Of a stretch of DNA of 64,000 nucleotides, positions 56,393-64,000 are shown piece after piece. The notes beneath the pieces are model-generated. The model ran no database searches, was not told the DNA's origin, and saw nothing but the letters and a program-made list of their open reading frames with translations. A program made the position numbers and the translations under genes. Each line of letters opens with the position of its first letter. Position 1 is the stretch's first letter. This stretch comes from Longimicrobiales bacterium (GTDB taxonomy: Bacteria > Gemmatimonadota > Gemmatimonadetes > Longimicrobiales > Gaopeijiaceae), in assembly GCA_965202805.1 (NCBI GenBank), contig OZ241869.1, positions 1,792,001-1,856,000 on the forward strand. Direction: 5' to 3'.

Positions 56393-59300
56393 ATGGTCGG
56401 TGCCGGTGAGTACATCCGGTCTTCGGCCGTGGTCGGCAACGTAGTTGCCGCGGACGCGATGATGAGCGGCGGCGACGGTCAGCCCGAGACGCTGGCGGGC
56501 GTGACGGTCACGCTCGGCGGCGAGCACGCCATGGGCGAGACCATGGAGACCGACATGAGCGGCGGCTTCGCCTTCACCGGGCTCCGCGCCGGCACCTACA
56601 CGGTCACCATCTCGGACTTCCCGGAGGACGTCTCCTTCGAGGAAGTGAGCCTCGAGATCTCGGTCGAGGTGGGCGAGGTCGGCCAGGCCGACTTCACGGG
56701 CCACTTCATCCGCACGTCCGCGGTCGAGGGCCAGGTGATCATCGAGGGCGAGGGCCTTGCCGGGGTGACGGTCACCCTGAACGGCGGGCCGGCCGACGAG
56801 AGCTACACGATGATGACCGACGCCGACGGCATGTACCGGTTCGAGGAACTGCGCCCCGGCGACTACACGGTCAGCATCAGCGACTTCGACACCCGCGACT
56901 ACGAGTTCGCGGCCACGTCCCAGGACGTGAGCGTGGACCTGGACGAGACCGGAACGGTGTCGTTCACCGGCGTCCTGCTCCGGACTTCGGGCATCGCCGG
57001 CCGGGTGAGCGTCGAAGGCATGGGCCTCGGCGGCATCGAGGTCACGCTGTCGGGCGGAGAGGAAGCCCAGACGGCGATGACCGACGACGGCGGCCAGTAC
57101 AACTTCGCGGGCCTGGCGGCTGGCGACTACACGGTCTCGATCGCGGTCGAGAGCGACGCCTACGTGTTCGAGTCGATGAGCTCGGACGTGACGGTCGGTG
57201 ACGACGAGTCGAAGATCGTCAACTTCGAGGGCATGCACGCGAGGACCGCGAGCGTGTCCGGCATGGTGTTCCTCGACGAGGCGACCAAGAACGACATGCA
57301 CGACGAGGGCGAGCATCCTCTGGCGCACGCCGGCATTCCGGTGGCGCTGGTGGGCCCGGGCGTCAACGAGCAGCGGCTGGGCGCGACCGACGCGACCGGC
57401 GCCTTCTCGTTCTCGGGTCTCCGCTCCGGCCCGTACCAGCTGGTCGTCCTCATCGACGCCACGGTGGCGGCTGCACTCGCGGCCAACGACGTGGCGTACG
57501 GCGGACCGGCGACCGGCTACGAGATCGCTCTCGGTGTCGGCGAGGCCGCATCGCAGGGGATTCCGTTCGACATCACGCACACGACCGTGAACTTCACGGT
57601 GATGCTGAGGCATGGCGACGACATGGGTGCGGCGGTTCCCGGCGCCAGCGTCACGCTCTACTCCGACGCGGACGGCGAGAACAAGGTCGGCAGCGGCGAC
57701 ACCGGCGACGACGGCTCCGTGGCGATCAAGGTCGCGCGTGGCTACACCAGCGGGAACATGGTGCACGCGGGCGTGTCCGCAGACGGTTACACCGGCGAAG
57801 GCATGACGGCCGTGTCGTGGGATCCGCAGATGTTCGCAACCGCGGCCTCCAACAGCCACGACCTCGTCAACCTGAGCGTCGACGCGACGGTCAGCGGCGC
57901 GACGGTCGAGACCGAGTACGGTGGCGGCAAGGCACTCGGCGGCTGGGCGATGAGCGTCATGTCCGGCGACGATGCGGTTGATGGCGCACCCGAGATGCTG
58001 GACGACGAGGGCAACGCGGCGTTCATGACCACCGTCGGAGCCGACGACCTGCCCGCGACCTACACCTTCGCGGTCGCCGACGACCAGGACGACAAGCTGG
58101 ACGGCGGCGAGAAGTACGCCGGGACCTCGGTCGAGTACACGCACACCGGTCTCGCGCTGGCGGGCACGATGGACGCCGGCACGATGGAGGTGGCGTACAC
58201 GACCCAGACCCTAAAGGTCTACGTGCACCACGAGCGCGACCAGGTGATGGGCTACACCGGCAACATCCTGGGCGGTGACGCGAGGGACGATGGCCAAGTC
58301 TCCGTCAGCATCCGCTACATCGATGGCAACGGCCGCTCCCGTGCGTTCGCGACTGCGGACAAGATCTCGAGCCCGGACAACAACGGTAGCAAGGGTGTCT
58401 GGACCTTCAGCAACGTTCCGGCCGACAGGAAAGTCATCGTGCAGGCGGAAGCGGCTACGGGCGTGGAGAACATCAAGCTCCTCGATCCCGACGAGCTCGC
58501 GGCGTACACGATGATGGACGTCAACGGCATCACGGGCGGCGCCTTCGGCGAGATGGGCGGCTTCAACCACACGGTCGAGCTCTGCCCGCTGCAGGCCACC
58601 ACGCCCCAGGACCACGACGAGTGCGCATCGTTCGCCTACGTGACCACGTACACCGTGAGCGGGCAGGTGTGGAAGAACACCGTCAAGATGAAGGGCGACG
58701 ACTTCGACACCGGTGATGACGACGATGGCATCACCACGTTCGTACCCGGGCAGACGGTCAGCCTGTCGCCGGTCGAAGGCGAGAACCTCGCCGGTGAGGA
58801 AGAGTCCCACACCACGACGGAGAAGGCGGTCAAGGGACCGGGTGAGACCTCCAAGGGGAATGAGGTACTCGACGAGACGCACCAGTTCAACTTCGGCGCG
58901 GTGGCCGCGGGCGTTTACGAGCTCAGCGTTCCGTCCGGATGGCGGGCGAAGATGGGCGACATGGATGCCACGGACGATGTCGACGACGCGTTCGACCCGC
59001 TCGAGGGCGAAGTCACGCTCGACGTTACGCCGGCGACGGCTACCCTGTTCGGACGCGTGGACGGCACCGACGGCTTCCCGCTCGACAGCGTGACCGTGAC
59101 CGTGAACGGCCTGTCGGCCATGACCGACGCGTCCGGTCGCTACATCATCGACGGCATCGCTCCGGCGACGCGCAAGATCGGCAGCGCGACGCACAGGAAC
59201 AGCATCTTCGTGGAGGCCTCCCGCAAGGGCTACACCGTCGCAAAACTCGATCCCATCACTTTTGGCACGGGAGCCGAGACCAAAGCGAACAAGACGACGA

Positions 59301-60751
59301 GGCAGGACATCGACCTGGCGGGCGTCCAGTCACGTGCCACGTTCAGCGGCAAGGTCATTGCTTCCAACGGCGGCGCACCGATCGCCGGCGTGGAAATCCT
59401 GGTGGACGATGAGGCACCGCTCAACGCGGCGACGAGCGGCGCGAACAAGGGCAAGCTCGTGACGGGCGCCGACGGCACCTTCACGGCGGAGGCCAAGGCC
59501 AAGACACTGGGCGATATCGCCAACGTGTCGGCGCAGAAGGACGGTTGGACCTTCGTACCCGCCGCGTACCCGGCCGCGGCCCACCCCGGAGCGGAGACGG
59601 CGAGCATCACCTTCTCCGGCTTCGTGAACGCCACGATTATGGGCAGAGTGGCCGCTCCGGGCGGCGGACCCATAAGCGGTGTCATCGTCACGGCGACGCC
59701 GGCAGCCGGCGGCGATGTCGCGGATGCCGACACCACGGGCGTGACGGGAAGCTTCTCGCTCAGCGTGTCGGGGGTCGGCGGCAGCTACAATCTGGCAGCC
59801 ACGCTGGCGAACCACACCTTCGAGCTCCCATCTCAGTACCGACAGGTGGTCAACGTCGCTCCGGGCCAGACCGTGAACATCGGCACCATCCAGGCGATGA
59901 CGTTCGCAGCCAGCGGCGTCGGCGCGTCGCGGTTGCGTGTGCTAGACGATGAGGACACCGACGACGACGAATCCGATCCCTCGCGGTACGTCTCCGCCGG
60001 CGGCGCTGGCAACGTCAGGGTGGCTTGGAAGGCGGGCACCGTGCCTGACGGACACATCGTCAGCTACCAGGCCCAGACCAAGGTCGGCGATGGTAACTGG
60101 GCGGACTTTGGCACCGCTGTCACGTCGGACGCCTTGGCGGGGGCTTCGCCCACAGACTCGACGGCAAGGCGCGGGGATGCCCCAGCCGCCAGCGATGGCG
60201 GGTTCATGGTTCGCGTCGTGTCCACCAGCGACAACGGCACGGCTGGAGACACGACCGACGATCCCGACGCGATCAACAGTGCTGAGGTTGACGTTGCGGC
60301 GATCGATCCGTCGGCCAGCGGTGTGAAGGCGAGGCGTCAGGCGGCAGCAGACTCAGACGAGGGGGCTGCGACCGGCGACTTCATCCAGGCCAGCTGGACC
60401 GCCGTGACGAGTGATGACTCCGACTTCCGGGTCGTTGCCCAGGTCACGCCCGCCGTTCTGCAAGGAAGCACGGTGTGGGTGGTCTTGGTGGCTCCGACTA
60501 CCGGCACTGGCACGGAAAGAGAGCTTGTCTCGGCTGAGATCGACGACACTTACTCCACGGCCCTGACTGTGGCTGAGCCCTCCGGCACGGGGACTCAGAC
60601 GGTCACCGTCACCGCAGCCGACCTCAGAAAGGCCATCAAGGTCGCTGTCGAGTCGGTGCAGGGTACCGCGGATGCCACGGATGACGGCCCGAAGTGGAAG
60701 CGCTCCGGGGCAGTTGATCTCGATGCGAGGGAGGAGTCCAGCGGCAGCTAA
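56393..60751 (+). CDS. Large acidic surface protein with tandem Cna-B/carboxypeptidase-regulatory-like domains; appears 5'-truncated
   Basis: Repeated GVTVTL..TD..G.Y.F..L..G.YTV.I units; no signal peptide; ORF opens at a repeat junction. Confidence 0.8.
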   Translation: MVGAGEYIRSSAVVGNVVAADAMMSGGDGQPETLAGVTVTLGGEHAMGETMETDMSGGFAFTGLRAGTYTVTISDFPEDVSFEEVSLEISVEVGEVGQADFTGHFIRTSAVEGQVIIEGEGLAGVTVTLNGGPADESYTMMTDADGMYRFEELRPGDYTVSISDFDTRDYEFAATSQDVSVDLDETGTVSFTGVLLRTSGIAGRVSVEGMGLGGIEVTLSGGEEAQTAMTDDGGQYNFAGLAAGDYTVSIAVESDAYVFESMSSDVTVGDDESKIVNFEGMHARTASVSGMVFLDEATKNDMHDEGEHPLAHAGIPVALVGPGVNEQRLGATDATGAFSFSGLRSGPYQLVVLIDATVAAALAANDVAYGGPATGYEIALGVGEAASQGIPFDITHTTVNFTVMLRHGDDMGAAVPGASVTLYSDADGENKVGSGDTGDDGSVAIKVARGYTSGNMVHAGVSADGYTGEGMTAVSWDPQMFATAASNSHDLVNLSVDATVSGATVETEYGGGKALGGWAMSVMSGDDAVDGAPEMLDDEGNAAFMTTVGADDLPATYTFAVADDQDDKLDGGEKYAGTSVEYTHTGLALAGTMDAGTMEVAYTTQTLKVYVHHERDQVMGYTGNILGGDARDDGQVSVSIRYIDGNGRSRAFATADKISSPDNNGSKGVWTFSNVPADRKVIVQAEAATGVENIKLLDPDELAAYTMMDVNGITGGAFGEMGGFNHTVELCPLQATTPQDHDECASFAYVTTYTVSGQVWKNTVKMKGDDFDTGDDDDGITTFVPGQTVSLSPVEGENLAGEEESHTTTEKAVKGPGETSKGNEVLDETHQFNFGAVAAGVYELSVPSGWRAKMGDMDATDDVDDAFDPLEGEVTLDVTPATATLFGRVDGTDGFPLDSVTVTVNGLSAMTDASGRYIIDGIAPATRKIGSATHRNSIFVEASRKGYTVAKLDPITFGTGAETKANKTTRQDIDLAGVQSRATFSGKVIASNGGAPIAGVEILVDDEAPLNAATSGANKGKLVTGADGTFTAEAKAKTLGDIANVSAQKDGWTFVPAAYPAAAHPGAETASITFSGFVNATIMGRVAAPGGGPISGVIVTATPAAGGDVADADTTGVTGSFSLSVSGVGGSYNLAATLANHTFELPSQYRQVVNVAPGQTVNIGTIQAMTFAASGVGASRLRVLDDEDTDDDESDPSRYVSAGGAGNVRVAWKAGTVPDGHIVSYQAQTKVGDGNWADFGTAVTSDALAGASPTDSTARRGDAPAASDGGFMVRVVSTSDNGTAGDTTDDPDAINSAEVDVAAIDPSASGVKARRQAAADSDEGAATGDFIQASWTAVTSDDSDFRVVAQVTPAVLQGSTVWVVLVAPTTGTGTERELVSAEIDDTYSTALTVAEPSGTGTQTVTVTAADLRKAIKVAVESVQGTADATDDGPKWKRSGAVDLDAREESSGS

Positions 60752-60765
60752 CAACCCTTCAACCC

Positions 60766-60850
60766 CATCAGTCTGGCTGGCTCGCCACCAGTCAGGCTGA
60801 TGGTCGCAGGACGGCTCACCCCCCGTTCGGGATCCCCGGGCGGGGGGTGA
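60766..60850 (+). terminator. Two adjacent GC-rich hairpins after the surface-protein gene
   Basis: ccatcagtctggctgg...ccagtcaggctgatgg (60766-60803) and tcaccccccg...cggggggtga (60816-60850); no U tract. Confidence 0.5.
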
Positions 60851-60897
60851 CGCCCGTTATGGAGCTACCATCGAATCCCCGATGCGGAGACGGCACG

Positions 60898-63800
60898 ATG
60901 ATTCCGAAGCAGCCTGGCTGGTCCATGCGTTCCCTCTTGGCCGCCGCGGCGATCTGCGCGTTCGCGGCGCCACCGACCGGGGTGCGCGCCGAGGAGCCGT
61001 CCGCGGACGGTTGGGACGAAGTGGTCCGGTCGATCGCGGAACCTCCGGCGGCGCGCGCGGCTGTCCGCCCCTCGACCCATATATCATGGCGCTGGATCGG
61101 GCCGCCCGCACAGGACTCTGCCAGGCTCGATATCCGCTTCGCGGCAAGCGTGACCGGCTTCACGGACGCCGACTTCGTTATCAGTTGCGCGCCCGTGACT
61201 GCGGCGTGCGCGGAGGTTGCGCCGTTCAGCACCGCCAGCGCCGCGCGCTTTTCCGTCACGCTGAGGATGCCGCAGGACTATGATGGCTTTGTGACCGTCC
61301 ATATCCCCGAGAACATGGCGGAGGACGCTGACGGCGATGGGAACCTCCAGTCGAATCAGCCCGTCATCCCCGTGGACACGAGGGCCCCTCGTTTCACCCT
61401 CGCAACGATCAACGGCGACGAAGTCGTCATCGACTTCGACGAAAACCTCAATGAGAGCGCCGTCCCGGCAGTCGGCGACTTTGCCGTTTCCTTCACCAGG
61501 AGCGGTAATTACCGCACAAGGACCGTATCCGCGGTCGAGGTGTCGGCGAGAAAGGTGTTCCTGAGCCTGGAGGGCCCCGTCGAGCAGGGCGATGTGGTTT
61601 CGGTGTTCTATGACGACAGAGGCGACAACGGGCTCCGGGACCGTGTAGGCAATCGAGTGTTCGGCGGCACTTGGCAGGTGGTAAACGTCACCGGGACGAC
61701 GCGCACCGGGCTTCCCGGCGCGCCGCGCAACCTGACCGCCGAGGCCTACGGCCCCACGGCCATCGATCTGGACTGGCTTGCCCCGACCGCGGACGGCGGC
61801 GCCAGGATCACGGCGTACCGGATTGAGGTGTCGGAGAACGGCGGCGATCCCTGGGCGACTCTGGTGCGCAGCACCCCGGACACCGTAACCGCCTACCGTG
61901 ATGAGGACGTTTCGGCGGGCGACACGCGCCACTACAGGGTGTCGGCGATCAACTTCAACGGCACGGGACCCGTCTCCAACGTGGCTCGCGCCACCACGGA
62001 GGAGGTCGCGCCCAGCGCTCCCCGGCGATTAACGGCGCGGGCCAGGGGGACGTCGGCCATCGAGCTGAGATGGAGCGCCCCCTCCTCCAGCGGCTCGTCG
62101 CCGATCACCGGCTACCGCATCGAGTCGTCGCCCACGGGAACCGGCCGCTGGACCGAGCTCGTGGCCAACACCACGGCCACCACCTACACCGACGACGACC
62201 TCAGGCCCAACACGACGCGCCACTACCGCGTCCTGGCCATCAGCCGGGCGGGCCGGAGCGAGTGGTCGAACACCGACCACGCGACCACCGAAGTGGCCTT
62301 GCCGGGCCCGCCCAGGAGCCTGAGTGTGATGCCGAGCGGCTTGAGAGGAAGCGACCAACTCCTCCTCACCTGGTCGCTCCCGGTCGACGACGGCGGGAGC
62401 GAGATCACCGGCTACCTGATCGAGAGGTCCGCCACCCGTGTCGGCGTCTGGCTACCGCTCGTGACCAACACCGGCAACGCGGACCGCATCTACACCGACA
62501 GCAATCTCAGTCCCGCCACCACCTGGTTCTATCGCGTGTCCGCGATCAACAGCAAAGGGGTGGGACGCGCCTCCAGCGTGGCCAGCGGCACCACCAAGGC
62601 CGCGCGTCCCGGGCCACCGCAACGCGTGCGTGCGCTCGCGACCGGACCGAACAGCATCCGCCTCGCCTGGGACCCGCCGGAGACCGATGGCGGGGAGCGC
62701 GTCACCGGCTACGCCATCCAGAGGATTGGGCCCAACGACAACGCCTGGATCACCCACCGTTCCGACACGGGGACGAGGGCAACCACGTTCACGGACACCG
62801 GACTGGAGCCGGTGACCCGGTACCGGTACCGGGTCGCGGCCATCAACGGCGTGGGCCGGGGGGAGTACTCGCCGGCGCCCCCGTTGCCCCCGGCGGCGGC
62901 CATCACGCACGCCGACTTCGCCGGGGTCCCGACCGGGCTGACGGCGCGGGCGGTGGGCACGGCGCGCATCGACCTTGCGTGGAACGCGCCCCGCTACACG
63001 GGCGGCGTCTCGATCATCGGCTACCGCATCGAGGCCTCCGACGACGGGGGCTCGACCTGGAATATCATCCGCCGCAACACGAGCGCGAGGACGACGACGT
63101 ACTCCGACGTGAACCTCCGGCCCGCGACCACGCGGCACTACCGGGTCGCGGCGATCAACCTGGCGGGGGTGGGGAAGTTCTCCAACACGGCGCGGGCGAC
63201 CACCGACGCGACCCTTCCGGGGGTGCCGCGACGTCTCAGCGCCGACGCGGTCGGCACCTCGCAGATCGGCCTCTCCTGGCAGGCGCCCTCGGACGACGGG
63301 GGCGCACGTGTGACCGGCTACCGCATCGAGGTGTCGGCCGACGGGGGCAGGAGCTGGGAGGACCTGGTGGCCAACACGCGCACTACGGCCACCATCCACA
63401 CCCACACCGGCCTCGCGCCGGCCTCGACGCGGCACTACCGCGTCTCGGCGATCAACCGGATCGGCGTGGGCAATGCGTCGCGGGTCGCGGGCTCGACGAC
63501 GGACGCCACCGTGCCGGACGCGCCCACCGGGCTCATGGCCAACGACGTCACGCCCACGCAGATCGACCTCGCGTGGATCGCGCCTGCCTACAACGGCGGA
63601 GCCCGCATCACCGGCTACCGCATCGAGGTCTCGGAGACGGGCGCCGTCTGGGTCGACCTGGAGACCAACACCCAGTCCACGGTCACCGCCTACTCGCATA
63701 CCGGGCTGCTGCCGGGGAGCGTGCGCCACTACCGCGTCTCGGCGATCAACCGGGCGGGCACCGGCGCGCCGTCGGGGAGCGCTTCGGCCGCAACCGACGA

Positions 63801-64000
63801 CCCCGTACAGCGCGCGGGGCGGATGAACACCCACGTCCTGCCGCATGTGGCGGCCGCGATGACGTCGAGCACGGTCTCGGCGATCGCCCGCCGGGTCGAC
63901 CTGGTGGCCAGCGGGATGGGGATGGAGCGGCGCGTGGAGACGAACGGGCTCTCGTCGATGGCCGCGAGCCTGTCCGCACCGGGCGCAGGAGGCCTCGGCC
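60898..64000 (+). CDS. Secreted adhesin: Ig-like + SwmB-like + 7 fibronectin type III repeats (runs off window, possibly autotransporter)
   Basis: Frame open to window end (absent from ORF track); signal peptide; seven P-x-x-P..L.A...I.L.W..P..DGG..ITGYRIE..YRVSAIN units between ~61710 and ~63800. Confidence 0.88.
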   Translation, partial: MIPKQPGWSMRSLLAAAAICAFAAPPTGVRAEEPSADGWDEVVRSIAEPPAARAAVRPSTHISWRWIGPPAQDSARLDIRFAASVTGFTDADFVISCAPVTAACAEVAPFSTASAARFSVTLRMPQDYDGFVTVHIPENMAEDADGDGNLQSNQPVIPVDTRAPRFTLATINGDEVVIDFDENLNESAVPAVGDFAVSFTRSGNYRTRTVSAVEVSARKVFLSLEGPVEQGDVVSVFYDDRGDNGLRDRVGNRVFGGTWQVVNVTGTTRTGLPGAPRNLTAEAYGPTAIDLDWLAPTADGGARITAYRIEVSENGGDPWATLVRSTPDTVTAYRDEDVSAGDTRHYRVSAINFNGTGPVSNVARATTEEVAPSAPRRLTARARGTSAIELRWSAPSSSGSSPITGYRIESSPTGTGRWTELVANTTATTYTDDDLRPNTTRHYRVLAISRAGRSEWSNTDHATTEVALPGPPRSLSVMPSGLRGSDQLLLTWSLPVDDGGSEITGYLIERSATRVGVWLPLVTNTGNADRIYTDSNLSPATTWFYRVSAINSKGVGRASSVASGTTKAARPGPPQRVRALATGPNSIRLAWDPPETDGGERVTGYAIQRIGPNDNAWITHRSDTGTRATTFTDTGLEPVTRYRYRVAAINGVGRGEYSPAPPLPPAAAITHADFAGVPTGLTARAVGTARIDLAWNAPRYTGGVSIIGYRIEASDDGGSTWNIIRRNTSARTTTYSDVNLRPATTRHYRVAAINLAGVGKFSNTARATTDATLPGVPRRLSADAVGTSQIGLSWQAPSDDGGARVTGYRIEVSADGGRSWEDLVANTRTTATIHTHTGLAPASTRHYRVSAINRIGVGNASRVAGSTTDATVPDAPTGLMANDVTPTQIDLAWIAPAYNGGARITGYRIEVSETGAVWVDLETNTQSTVTAYSHTGLLPGSVRHYRVSAINRAGTGAPSGSASAATDDPVQRAGRMNTHVLPHVAAAMTSSTVSAIARRVDLVASGMGMERRVETNGLSSMAASLSAPGAGGLG

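Noticed and set aside
54830..56410. tRNA/tmRNA target beside the integrase
   Set aside because: No cloverleaf or T-loop GGTTCGAA found; TGGTCGGTGCCGGTGAG only faintly resembles a reversed tRNA 3' end
61700..63800. Repeated cactaccgcgtctcggcgatcaac motifs as DGR template/variable repeats
   Set aside because: Explained by FN3 coding repeats; no reverse transcriptase in the window and no adenine-specific pattern noticed

Overview
High-GC bacterial chromosomal region. The gene content (two SusC/SusD pairs, barrel-less TonB plug proteins, a VPS10/BNR protein, a DUF5916 protein, secreted amidohydrolases, large repeat adhesins) suggests Gemmatimonadota, possibly host-associated; this is inference from gene content only. 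Small accessory inserts are scattered among the envelope and catabolic genes. They are a hipBA-like pair, an HNH nuclease next to a multiply deleted darT-darG relic, dinJ-yafQ, a broken IS1595 followed by a divergent hicB/hicA-like pair, an orphan hicB, an orphan AAA ATPase, and a 5.3-kb FkbH/ACP/MaoC/deacetylase cassette bracketed by ~70-bp direct repeats. Main highlights: (1) an intact, cargo-less P4-type tyrosine integrase with matching arm-like motifs on both sides, whose right junction cuts a 1452-aa repeat surface protein exactly at a repeat boundary; (2) a peroxiredoxin-like selenoprotein (UxxC, in-frame UGA plus SECIS-like hairpin) split by the ORF caller; (3) the direct-repeat-flanked FkbH cassette; (4) several pseudogenes made by clean internal deletions. 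No rRNA, tRNA or CRISPR array was seen. Product calls come from motif recognition by eye, not database searches.
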